Origin: Halorussus salinisoli | GTDB lineage: Archaea; Halobacteriota; Halobacteria; Halobacteriales; Haladaptataceae | Assembly (NCBI RefSeq): GCF_005239435.1 | Contig: NZ_SZNP01000009.1 | Length of the DNA stretch: 24,000 nucleotides | Strand: one strand, 5' to 3' | In this document: one piece after another, positions 8,505 to 16,139 of the stretch | Layout: each line of letters starts with the position of its first letter | Position numbering within the stretch: position 1 is the first letter of the stretch | Translations under genes and position numbers: made by a program | Notes under the pieces: generated by a model | The model's input: the letters and a program-made list of their open reading frames with translations, nothing else | What the model was told of the DNA's origin: nothing | Database searches by the model: none

Positions 8505-9673
8505 AGCGACCCTGCTTTGGTCGTTCGCTCGGCCGTCGCGTCCGGGTCGAGGTCGCCCAGCGCGGCCCGGAGTTCGTCCTCGTCTGGGATGGCGTAGATC
8601 TCGCAGTCGAACTCCCGGTCGTCGGCGTGCAGGGTCGCGTCGAACAGGAACGCGAACGCCTGCTTCTGGCCGAGACGCGCGACCACGGATTCGGCGACCG
8701 CCCGACCCATGTCGTGGACGAACTGCGGCGGCGAGATGTCGATGGTCGTGTTCAGCACGTTCGCCCAGCCATCGATGAAGCTACTGGTCATCACGTTCCC
8801 GATCTCCTTCATCGCAGACCGTCGCTCACCGTCGAAGGTTTCGACCTCCTCGGCCCCGGGTACGAGCGCACTCACGACTTCGCGGGCCGACGTCTCGTCG
8901 AACAGTATCACGACGTAGCCGCCGAGCGCACCCTCGAATTCGAGGACGACGCCCACGTACTCGCGGTCGCACAGTTCCGCGGGCACGTCCTCGACCGGGA
9001 CGAAACGCAGGTGGGTGATGTCGACGCCCGTGTCGATGCCGGTCATCGCCGAGACGGTCTCGGAGGCGGTCTGCGCGCCGGTCCTCGCCATCTCTCGGAG
9101 GGTCGTGAGCTTCTCGACCGGAATCTCCTCGTCGCCGCCCGCGAGCATCTCCTGCATCGAGTCGGAGTCGGGGAACATGTGGAACTCCACGTCCAACTCC
9201 TCGCCGACCGCACCGACGCGATTCCGGAAGACGAACGCTCGGTCGCGCTCGAACTCCGCGCCGTCGAACAGTTCCGCACCGGTCCCCTCGACGTACTCGG
9301 GCGGCGAGATGTCGATGGGAGTTCCGAGGTGGTCGGCCCACCCGCCGACGAAGCCGCTGGTCACGACGTTGCCGACTTCCTCGACCGCGCTCTCCTCGAC
9401 GCCCGCGCCGGGCAGGAGGGTGTCCAGTAGCATCTCGACGCCTTCCGGCGAGAAGGTCAGTATGCTCGTTCCGTCGATGCCGCCCTCGAAGTCGACGACG
9501 ATGCCGACGCGCTCTCCGTTGCGGCCGAGTTCGTCGGCGGACGCCAGCGTCACCTCTGTCACGTCGACCGCGGTCTCGATGCCGGTCATCCCGGTGAGGT
9601 TCTCGGCGGCCCGCTCTGCGCCCGCCCGGGCGGTTCTACTGAACGTTCCCAGCGACTCGATATCCACGTACAT
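8501..9673 (-). CDS. cheC: CheY-P phosphatase CheC, duplicated two-CheC-domain form (H. salinarum CheC3-like)
   Basis: 390 aa, two tandem CheC modules. Each carries the E-x2-N active-site helix followed by the DISPP motif ([27 protein letters not shown] and [27 protein letters not shown]). Confidence 0.9.
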   Translation of the reverse strand: MYVDIESLGTFSRTARAGAERAAENLTGMTGIETAVDVTEVTLASADELGRNGERVGIVVDFEGGIDGTSILTFSPEGVEMLLDTLLPGAGVEESAVEEVGNVVTSGFVGGWADHLGTPIDISPPEYVEGTGAELFDGAEFERDRAFVFRNRVGAVGEELDVEFHMFPDSDSMQEMLAGGDEEIPVEKLTTLREMARTGAQTASETVSAMTGIDTGVDITHLRFVPVEDVPAELCDREYVGVVLEFEGALGGYVVILFDETSAREVVSALVPGAEEVETFDGERRSAMKEIGNVMTSSFIDGWANVLNTTIDISPPQFVHDMGRAVAESVVARLGQKQAFAFLFDATLHADDREFDCEIYAIPDEDELRAALGDLDPDATAERTTKAGSL

Positions 9674-9677
9674 TGTG

Positions 9678-10292
9678 TCAGAGGTCTATCTTCTGCATCA
9701 GCGAGACGAGTTCTTCGAGTTCGGGGAAGGTGTACACCTTCACCTCGACGTCGGCCTCGCGGGCGTGAACCCGCGAATCGAACACGAGCGCCATCTCGTC
9801 TCGCCGGGTGCCGACGAGATTCTCGACCATCTTCGACCCCGCCCCGTAGGTGAACTTCGGCGTCGAGATGTCGATGGTCGTGTTCAGCACGTTCGCCCAC
9901 CCGTCGATGAAGCCGCTGGTCATGATGTTGCCGATCTCCTGAACCGCGGAGCGTTCCATGTCCGAAAAGCCCTTCGAGGAGGGGTCCGCGCTCCCGGGGA
10001 GCATCCCGGTGGCGAGTTTCTTCGCGCTGCTCGCGCTGAACAGGAACAGGATGTGGCCGTGAGGCGGTTCCACGAGTTCGATGTGAGTTCCGACCTGTTT
10101 CTCGTGACCGACGTGGGTCTTGATGTCCTCGATGTCGAGGAAGTTTATCTTCGTTATCTCCATCTCGGTCTTCATCCCCGTCATCTGGTTGAGGTGGTTG
10201 GCGACCGTGTTCGCGCCCTCCTTGGCCATCTGGTTGAACAGGTTCAGCTTTCGTATGTCGATTTGCAAGTTTCTATCGTCACCTCGGCTCAT
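9678..10292 (-). CDS. cheC: CheY-P phosphatase CheC, single-module form (H. salinarum CheC1-like)
   Basis: 204 aa with [27 protein letters not shown]. An SD-like GGAGGAG overlaps the cheA stop 7 nt upstream of the ATG at 10292. Confidence 0.9.
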   Translation of the reverse strand: MSRGDDRNLQIDIRKLNLFNQMAKEGANTVANHLNQMTGMKTEMEITKINFLDIEDIKTHVGHEKQVGTHIELVEPPHGHILFLFSASSAKKLATGMLPGSADPSSKGFSDMERSAVQEIGNIMTSGFIDGWANVLNTTIDISTPKFTYGAGSKMVENLVGTRRDEMALVFDSRVHAREADVEVKVYTFPELEELVSLMQKIDL

Positions 10293-10305
10293 ATCTCGTC
10301 TCCTC

Positions 10306-12486
10306 CTATAGTGTCTCGACGTCCAGAATCGTCACCACGTCGCCCTCACCGAGGACCGCGGCACCCGACAGTCCCGGGATGCCCGACAGGATGCCCTCGA
10401 ACGGTTTGACGACGACCTCTTCCTGACGGCTCACGGCGTCGCAGTGAATCGCGACCTTGCGCTCGGACTCCTTGACCCGGACGAGCATGCCGTCGCCGTT
10501 TCTCGTCTCGCCGGGGACGTTCAGTGCGTCGCCGAGTCGTACGAGGGGGTACACCGTGTCGTCGTGGGTGACGACTTCCTCGCCTTCGACGGTCTGGACG
10601 TCCTCCATCCGGCGAATCTCGTCCACGTTCTTGATGGGGATGCCGTACTCCTCGTCGCCCGACTGGACGAACAGGACCTTCACGATGGCGACAGTGACCG
10701 GCAACGAGAGGCTGATGGTCGTGCCCTCGCCGGGCGTGCTGTCCACCTGAATCTCGCCGTCGAGGCGCGAGACGGTGTCCTGAACCACGTCCATCCCGAC
10801 GCCGCGGCCGCTCACGTCCGTCACCTCGTCGTTGGTCGAGAAGCCGGCGTGGAAGACGAGTTTCTGGGCTTCCTCTTCGCTCAGTTTCTCGACCTCCTCG
10901 CGCGTCAGAACGTCCTTCTGGACGGCCTTCCTCCGGATGGCGTTGGCGTCGATGCCGCCGCCGTCGTCCTCGACTTCGATGGTCACGCGGTCGCGCTCGC
11001 GGAAGCCTCGGAGCCGAATCGTCCCCTCTCGGGGCTTGCCCGCGGCCTCGCGCTCGTCGGGCGGTTCGATGCCGTGGTCAACCGCGTTCCGGAGCAGGTG
11101 CATCAGGGGGTCGCTGATTTCGTCCAGGATGGTACGGTCCAACTCGATGTCGGTCCCCTCCATCCGGAAGTCTATCTCCTTCTCCTGCTCGCGCGCGAGG
11201 TCCCGGACGAGTCGCGGGAACTTGTTGACCACCTTCTTCAGCGGGACCAACCGCATGTCCATCACGGTGTCCTGTAGACTCGACGTTATCTTGTCGAGTT
11301 CGTCGAGGTGGTCCTCGGCGCTGTCGAGTTGCGCCTGCTCGACCGACCGCCGAAGCTTGATGCGACTCGTGACCAACTGTTCGACCTGACCGTGGAGGTC
11401 GTCCAACTGGTCTACGTCCACGCGGACCGACTGAATCTCCGCTATCTCTTCGGCGGCGGAGTCGTCGCCGGCGTCCCCGCTGGCCGACTGGTCGCCAGCG
11501 CCGTCACCGTCGCCCGCTTCTATCACGTCGCCCTCGAAGTCGTCGGACCCGGACGAGTCACTCGCGGCGGTCTCCGCTGCCGTGGTACTCTCGTCGGTCG
11601 GTCCGCTCTCGTCGCTCCTGGAAGTTTCGTCGGTCGAACCGCTCTCGTCGGTCCCGGCAGATCCGTCGGTCGCGTCGGCCGCGCTCGTCACGTCGATTTC
11701 GTCTACGTCGAGCGGCGTCACCGTCGCGGCCGAGATTTTGCCGACGGACGCGACGACGGCCTCCACGTCGCCCGCGCTCTCGCCGACGACGAAAGCGTCG
11801 AAGCCGTCGTCGTACTCGCCGTCGTTGAGCGCGTCCACGTCGGGGACTGCACCGAGCAGTTCGAGACCGTCGCTCAGTCCTTCGAGGGCGAACATCGCGT
11901 CCACGCCTTTCATCTCGGGGTCGCCCATGTCCACGCCGACGTGGAACACGTCGCCGCCGGCGGTAGCGAGCGCCTCGGGAGCGTCGAGGTCACCGACCGG
12001 AATCGCGTCGAGCGCCGTCGCCGACTCCTCGGTGGTGTCGGGTTCCCCGTCGTCGCCTGCCGCGTCGCCTGACCCGTCTTCGGTCTCCGCCGACTCGTCG
12101 GCCGCCGCACCGCCGCGCTCGATGACGCCGCGGATTTCGGCGATGGTCTCCTCTGGGTCGATGTCGGACTCGCCCTGGTCTTCGATTTGGCCGAGCGCTC
12201 GGTCGATTTCGTCCACGCCGGCGAAGACGAGGTCCATGATTTCCGGCGTGACCTCCATCCGACCCTGTCGAATCTCGTCCAACAGGTCCTCGATGGCGTG
12301 CGCGAGGCCGCTCTCGTCCTGAAAACCCATCGCGCCGAAGTTGCCCTTCAGGGTGTGAGCCGTCCGGAAGATGGAGTCCATCGCGGCCTCGTCGCCCGGG
12401 TCGTCTTCCAGTTCGAGCAGGGAGTTGTTCAACTCCGTGACGTTCTCTTCGCTCTCGCGTATGAAATCCTGTATGTAGTCTTCCAT
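10306..12486 (-). CDS. cheA: Chemotaxis histidine kinase CheA
   Basis: 726 aa. P1/Hpt carries the phospho-His in FRTAHTLKGNFG. A P2-like domain is flanked by two acidic linkers. P3 is IQSVRVDVDQLDDLHGQVEQLV. P4 HATPase has the N-box LMHLLRNAVDHGIE, G1 DDGGGID and G2 SGRGVGMDVV. P5 is a CheW-like C-terminal domain. Confidence 0.95.
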   Translation of the reverse strand: MEDYIQDFIRESEENVTELNNSLLELEDDPGDEAAMDSIFRTAHTLKGNFGAMGFQDESGLAHAIEDLLDEIRQGRMEVTPEIMDLVFAGVDEIDRALGQIEDQGESDIDPEETIAEIRGVIERGGAAADESAETEDGSGDAAGDDGEPDTTEESATALDAIPVGDLDAPEALATAGGDVFHVGVDMGDPEMKGVDAMFALEGLSDGLELLGAVPDVDALNDGEYDDGFDAFVVGESAGDVEAVVASVGKISAATVTPLDVDEIDVTSAADATDGSAGTDESGSTDETSRSDESGPTDESTTAAETAASDSSGSDDFEGDVIEAGDGDGAGDQSASGDAGDDSAAEEIAEIQSVRVDVDQLDDLHGQVEQLVTSRIKLRRSVEQAQLDSAEDHLDELDKITSSLQDTVMDMRLVPLKKVVNKFPRLVRDLAREQEKEIDFRMEGTDIELDRTILDEISDPLMHLLRNAVDHGIEPPDEREAAGKPREGTIRLRGFRERDRVTIEVEDDGGGIDANAIRRKAVQKDVLTREEVEKLSEEEAQKLVFHAGFSTNDEVTDVSGRGVGMDVVQDTVSRLDGEIQVDSTPGEGTTISLSLPVTVAIVKVLFVQSGDEEYGIPIKNVDEIRRMEDVQTVEGEEVVTHDDTVYPLVRLGDALNVPGETRNGDGMLVRVKESERKVAIHCDAVSRQEEVVVKPFEGILSGIPGLSGAAVLGEGDVVTILDVETL

Positions 12487-12492
12487 GTCCTT

Positions 12493-13533
12493 TCACCCGT
12501 TGTCACGAATCGTGTCGAGAATCGCCTTGGCGATCTCGTCGGCCGGATGGACGGAATCGACGCATCCGGTCTCGATGGCCCGGGCCGGGATGCCGAACAC
12601 CGAACAGGTCTCCTCGTCCTGCGCGAGCGTCGCTCCGCCGGCGTCCTCGATGGCTTCGATGCCCGTCGCGCCGTCCGAACCCATTCCGGTCAGGACGACC
12701 CCGGTCAGCGGGCCGTCGACCTTCTCGGCGGCGGTCTCCATCGTCACGTCGATAGCCGGGCGCACGCCGTGCATCGCCTCGTCCTGCTGGAGGCGGATTC
12801 GGAGGCGACCGTGGCCGTAGCCCGCGACCTCCATGTGGTAGTCGCCCTTCGCCACGACGGCCTCGCCGCCGCCGATTCGGAGGCCGTCTGCGGCCTCGCG
12901 CACGTCGTACTCGCTCCGGCGGTCGAGGCGCTCGGCGAACCGAGCGGTGAAACCGTCGGGCATGTGCTGGACGACCAGCACCCGGAGGTCTGCCTCCAGC
13001 GGGAGACTCGACAGCACGCGCTCGACCACTCGGGGACCGCCGGTCGAGGCCCCGACGACGAGCGTCGGGTTCTCGGCGTAGCCGTGGTCGGCGTCGAGCG
13101 TGCCGGAAGTCGCCGTGTCCACGTCCTCGACCGACTCGGGGTCGGCCCGCGTCGCCGACCGGATTTTCTCGACCAGCGCGTCGCCGTGGGCCGAAATCTC
13201 GGTCGACACCTCGCCGCCCGGTTTGGCGAGGAAGTCCACCGCACCCTTCTCCAGCGCCTCGAACGTCGCTTCCGCACCGTCTTCGGTGTGGGCCGACAGC
13301 ATCAACACGGGGGTCGGGTTCGTCGCCATAATCTCCTCGACGGCCTCGATGCCGTCCATGCGGGGCATCTCCACGTCCATCGTCACCACGTCGGGGTCGT
13401 GTTCGGCGACCGCCTCGACTCCCTCCGTGCCGTCTCCGGCCTGCGCGACGACTTCGATGCCACCCTCTTCGAGAATGTCGGAGATGACCGTCCGCATGAA
13501 GTGAGAGTCATCGACGACGACTGCCCGCGTCAT
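12493..13533 (-). CDS. cheB: Chemotaxis response regulator protein-glutamate methylesterase CheB
   Basis: I re-called the start to the ATG at 13533 (MTRAVVVDDSHFMR), which forms an ATGA overlap with the cheY stop. The 41 upstream residues in the ORF track are R/G/H-rich and overlap cheY. It has a receiver domain (MDVEMPRMDG) and a methylesterase domain with GASTGGP, VVQHMP and GMGSDG. Confidence 0.93.
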   Translation of the reverse strand: MTRAVVVDDSHFMRTVISDILEEGGIEVVAQAGDGTEGVEAVAEHDPDVVTMDVEMPRMDGIEAVEEIMATNPTPVLMLSAHTEDGAEATFEALEKGAVDFLAKPGGEVSTEISAHGDALVEKIRSATRADPESVEDVDTATSGTLDADHGYAENPTLVVGASTGGPRVVERVLSSLPLEADLRVLVVQHMPDGFTARFAERLDRRSEYDVREAADGLRIGGGEAVVAKGDYHMEVAGYGHGRLRIRLQQDEAMHGVRPAIDVTMETAAEKVDGPLTGVVLTGMGSDGATGIEAIEDAGGATLAQDEETCSVFGIPARAIETGCVDSVHPADEIAKAILDTIRDNG

Positions 13534-13892
13534 GCTGAGACGACGTCCTCTATGGCGTCCATCACGCTGGGTTTCTGGAACGGTTTGGTGATGTAGCCGT
13601 CCGCACCCGCCTTGATGGCGGCCTTCATCTTCTCTTCCTGCCCGATACTGGTGCACATGATGATGTTCGAGTCGGGGTCGTCCTCCTTGATTTCGGAGGT
13701 GGCCTCGATGCCGTCACGAATCGGCATCACGATGTCCATCATCACGAGATTGGGGTCGTGTTCCTCGTAGAGTTCGACGGCCTCGACGCCGTTCTCGGCC
13801 TCGCCCGCGATTTCGAACTCCTCTTCGAGTATCTCCCGGAGTAGATTCCGCATAAATTCCGAATCGTCTACGATGAGTACGTTTTTAGCCAT
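13530..13892 (-). CDS. cheY: Chemotaxis response regulator CheY
   Basis: I re-called the start to the ATG at 13892 (MAKNVLIVDDSEFMRN), giving 120 aa. It is a receiver domain with DD, phospho-acceptor MDIVMPIRDG, T/S (CTS) and K (ITKPF). GGTGA lies 7 nt upstream of the ATG. Confidence 0.95.
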   Translation of the reverse strand: MAKNVLIVDDSEFMRNLLREILEEEFEIAGEAENGVEAVELYEEHDPNLVMMDIVMPIRDGIEATSEIKEDDPDSNIIMCTSIGQEEKMKAAIKAGADGYITKPFQKPSVMDAIEDVVSA

Positions 13893-13928
13893 CCGATAGT
13901 CACCAAGCGGTTGATTTGAAACGGGGTG

Positions 13929-13935
13929 AAATAAA
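13929..13935 (-). promoter_or_regulatory. TATA-like box (TTTATTT) upstream of cheY, candidate promoter of cheY-B-A-C-C-D-R
   Basis: It lies in the 147-bp cheW-cheY spacer, 37 nt upstream of the cheY ATG. That would give a short leader containing the SD-like GGTGA (13904-13900). Confidence 0.35.
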
Positions 13936-14039
13936 TTCTCCCCTCCGATTATCACGACTGATGCTCGTCCGAACACGCGGAACGGCACCGAGACCGCTCT
14001 CTGCCGACGCGACGCGATTTCGGTCGGAACTGACCGAGT

Positions 14040-14573
14040 TCATTTCAGTTGGTCGATGATGGCGTCGATGTCCACCCAGACCACGAGGTCGAGTCCGTCG
14101 CCGTTGGGTTTGCGGATGATGCCCCGCGAGACCTGCTGCTCGATGCCCTGGGTGTCGAGGTCCGAGAGGTCATCGTCGGTATCGATTCTGCTCTCGGGGT
14201 GGTCGGTGACTTCCAGTACCTCGTCCACTCGGATGCCGATCTTCTGCTTGTCGTCCGGCCGGTCCAACACGAGGACGTTCTGTTCGTCGCGTTCGGAGGC
14301 GTCGCCCTCGACGCCGAGGAACGTCCGGGGGTTGATGATGGCGGTGGTCTCGCCCCGCAGGTCCATCACGCCGTCGACGGAGGCGGGCGTCCGGGGAATG
14401 CGCGTCACTTTCTTTATCTCCACGATGCTGTCGACCTCGTCTATGTCGACCGCACAGTAGTCCTCGCCGAGTCGGAACTCCACGACCTGTCTGGTCGGGA
14501 CGTTCTCGACCTCGGGCGAGTCGGTCCGGTCGGTTCCGTCACCGGGTTCGGCGTCGGTCTCTTCGACCTGCAT
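14040..14573 (-). CDS. cheW: Chemotaxis coupling protein CheW
   Basis: The CheW domain reads RQVVEFRLGEDYCAVDIDEVDSIVEIKKVTRIPRTPASVDGVMDLRGETTAIINPRTFLG. I called the start at the ATG at 14573 (MQVEETD, 177 aa). An alternative ATG at 14594 (MIESESAMQ) is only 11 nt from the TATA-like box. The 341-aa ORF-track version (to 15065) has an Arg-rich nonsense N-terminus and overlaps the neighbouring gene. Confidence 0.9.
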   Translation of the reverse strand: MQVEETDAEPGDGTDRTDSPEVENVPTRQVVEFRLGEDYCAVDIDEVDSIVEIKKVTRIPRTPASVDGVMDLRGETTAIINPRTFLGVEGDASERDEQNVLVLDRPDDKQKIGIRVDEVLEVTDHPESRIDTDDDLSDLDTQGIEQQVSRGIIRKPNGDGLDLVVWVDIDAIIDQLK

Positions 14574-14604
14574 GGCACTCTCTGATTCAATCATCGAAGC
14601 CGAG

Positions 14605-14613
14605 AATATAAAA
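14605..14613 (-). promoter_or_regulatory. TATA-like box (TTTTATATT) upstream of cheW
   Basis: It is the only AT-rich element in the 128/149-bp spacer. It spans -32 to -40 relative to the ATG at 14573. Confidence 0.35.
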
Positions 14614-14722
14614 CCCGGCCTCGTCTCTCGGAGATGATAACTGGGACGGAGTGAAACGAGGGCGCGATTGCTCGAAGCGTCTGCCGGTCGTTTCGACCGT
14701 AATTCGACCCAACCGGCCAGTT

Positions 14723-15364
14723 TCAGACGTTCTCCGGCGGGAACACCATGCCGCGGTCGTCCTGGACCGCCTCGAAGAGGTCGGCGATGGTGTCGTCCGG
14801 GCCGAGGTCGTAGGTCTCCAGAATCGTTTGCAGACACGACGGCGAGTAGCGCACCCGAACGTTCGATTCGGTGAGCAGGATGCCCAACACGTCCTCGACG
14901 GCGGTTTCGGTGGTCAACTGCTGGGCGTACCAGCGCAGGAGGCTGTCGAAGACGGTGCCCACGTCGTCGGAGAACGTCTGCTGGTGGCTGATGGCGTTGT
15001 CGGACTTCGCGCTGACGTGGAACCCGTACCGGGCGCTCGTTCCCTGCAAGTCGTCTTCGAGCCACTGCTTTACCGCACTGGAGTCCGCGGGTCCGTCGCT
15101 CGGGCCGTCCTCCGCCGGGCGCGACTCGTCCTGTGAATCCCCCGTGCGCGCCGAGTCACCGCCGCGAGCGTCGTCGGGAACGTCGGGTCGGGCGTCGGTA
15201 CCGATGACGTACCGATCTTCGTCCAGCGACACGACCTGCTCTTCGTCTTCGATGTCGAGTTCGTCCGGCGACAGCGCCGGCCCGTCGTCGCCACTCGCGG
15301 CCTCGTTCGGCCGTAAGGCGGTCCGTTCGTCGGGGTCCCGGCCGTCGTCCGGCGTCGGACTCAT
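14723..15364 (-). CDS. Uncharacterised acidic protein (disordered Asp/Glu/Pro-rich N-half plus about 110-aa C-terminal globular domain) adjacent to cheW
   Basis: I re-called the start to the ATG at 15364 (MSPTPDDG, 213 aa); the ORF-track GTG start at 15400 would include the TATA box. The composition is haloarchaeal (acidic), and the frame is distinct from the Arg-rich shadow ORFs overlapping it. The C-terminal domain VKQWLEDDLQGTSARYGFHVSAKSDN...LLRWYAQQL...ILETYDLGPDDTIADLFEAV matches no family I recognise. Confidence 0.65.
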   Translation of the reverse strand: MSPTPDDGRDPDERTALRPNEAASGDDGPALSPDELDIEDEEQVVSLDEDRYVIGTDARPDVPDDARGGDSARTGDSQDESRPAEDGPSDGPADSSAVKQWLEDDLQGTSARYGFHVSAKSDNAISHQQTFSDDVGTVFDSLLRWYAQQLTTETAVEDVLGILLTESNVRVRYSPSCLQTILETYDLGPDDTIADLFEAVQDDRGMVFPPENV

Positions 15365-15389
15365 TGGGAACCGATTCCGTTCGATTTCA

Positions 15390-15395
15390 CATAAA
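15390..15395 (-). promoter_or_regulatory. TATA-like box (TTTATG) for the acidic-protein gene
   Basis: It spans -26 to -31 relative to the ATG at 15364, which is leaderless geometry. Confidence 0.35.
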
Positions 15396-15584
15396 CCCAC
15401 CGCCTGATTCCTCCGAATTACGAGGCGTTCGACGGTTTGCGCGAAGTCACCGCCTCACTGAGCGTCGGAAATCTCGGCTAGACATCGAACGACCGCCCGT
15501 CGGACCCGCCTCTCGCCGTCGATTTTTCAGACCGCGGTCGGCGTCCGAACGGTTCCGGTGGTTTCGACGATCGTTGTAAGAGGG

Positions 15585-15593
15585 ATTTATTAT
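15585..15593 (+). promoter_or_regulatory. TATA-like box (ATTTATTAT) for the mini-wHTH gene
   Basis: It ends 29 nt upstream of the ATG at 15622 and is the only AT-rich element in the divergent 257-bp spacer on this side. Confidence 0.35.
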
Positions 15594-15621
15594 CGTCGAA
15601 CTACTGGAATTCAATACCGAA

Positions 15622-15846
15622 ATGAGCGTTCAACGACTGACGACACCTGCGAGAGAACTGCCGACGGAACTGGAGTCGCCGCGCGCGAAACTAGTGTACC
15701 TCTACCTTCGGCCCGCGGCGGCGTCGATAGACGAACTACAGGCGGACCTCGACGTCAAGAAGATCACGCTGTTCAGCATCCTTCGGACGCTTCGAGAACG
15801 CGGTCTCGTGGAGAAGCGGGACGAACGGTTCGCAGTGGCCGAGTAG
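15622..15846 (+). CDS. 74-aa stand-alone winged-helix (MarR/TrmB/ArsR-like) DNA-binding protein
   Basis: The segment AKLVYLYLRPAAASIDELQADLDVKKITLFSILRTLRERGLVEKRDERFAV has the H2-turn-H3-wing pattern of a wHTH: a helix, then a recognition helix (ITLFSILRTLRERGLV), then a beta-wing (EKRDERFAV). It starts at an ATG and is transcribed divergently from the che-side genes. Confidence 0.7.
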   Translation: MSVQRLTTPARELPTELESPRAKLVYLYLRPAAASIDELQADLDVKKITLFSILRTLRERGLVEKRDERFAVAE

Positions 15847-15951
15847 CTACTCTTCTTCCTCTTCGGGGCAGAGTTGGTCCGGCGTGCGCTCGTAGCGCGG
15901 TGTGTCTACGAACTGCTTGATGCGTTCACGCTCGTCTGCTGAAAGGGGCAT
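15847..15951 (-). CDS. Possible 34-aa acidic micro-ORF (MPLSADERERIKQFVDTPRYERTPDQLCPEEEEE)
   Basis: It is below the ORF-track threshold and was found by hand. ATG at 15951-15949 and TAG at 15849-15847, directly abutting the wHTH stop (convergent). The composition is acidic, and a weak T-rich box (TTTTTGG) lies about 30 nt upstream. There is no other support. Confidence 0.25.
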   Translation of the reverse strand: MPLSADERERIKQFVDTPRYERTPDQLCPEEEEE

Positions 15952-16139
15952 ACGCGATGAGACACACGGCAACACCAAAAAGACAGTGGCTCCTGTCAAC
16001 GAACCCGACTACTGCGTGACGGTCGGATTCCTGCGGCCGACGACCCCCGACAGTCCTTTTGGCGCGGAACCCGCACAGTTCTCTGATGGGGAGAGAGTCA
16101 TGGTAATCGATAGCGCGATTCGGCTCGGAGGAGTCCAGT

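Noticed and set aside
13534-13988. Extended starts for cheB (13656) and cheY (13988) in the ORF track.
   Set aside because: The extra residues are R/G/H-rich or hydrophobic junk that overlaps the upstream gene or the spacer. Internal ATGs give canonical receiver-domain N-termini (MTRAVVVDDS and MAKNVLIVDDS), and the cheB ATG forms an ATGA overlap with the cheY stop.
14574-15065. N-terminal extension making cheW a 341-aa protein in the ORF track.
   Set aside because: The extension is Arg/Pro-rich nonsense. It overlaps the well-formed acidic-protein gene in another frame and runs through an AT-rich promoter-like spacer. The CheW domain starts right after the ATG at 14573/14594.
14723-15364. 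Idea that the acidic protein next to cheW is the missing CheF adaptor.
   Set aside because: I cannot recognise any CheF-arch (DUF439) signature from memory, and the size (213 aa, half of it disordered) does not fit what I recall of CheF. It is kept only as an uncharacterised che-neighbour, and profile searches are needed.
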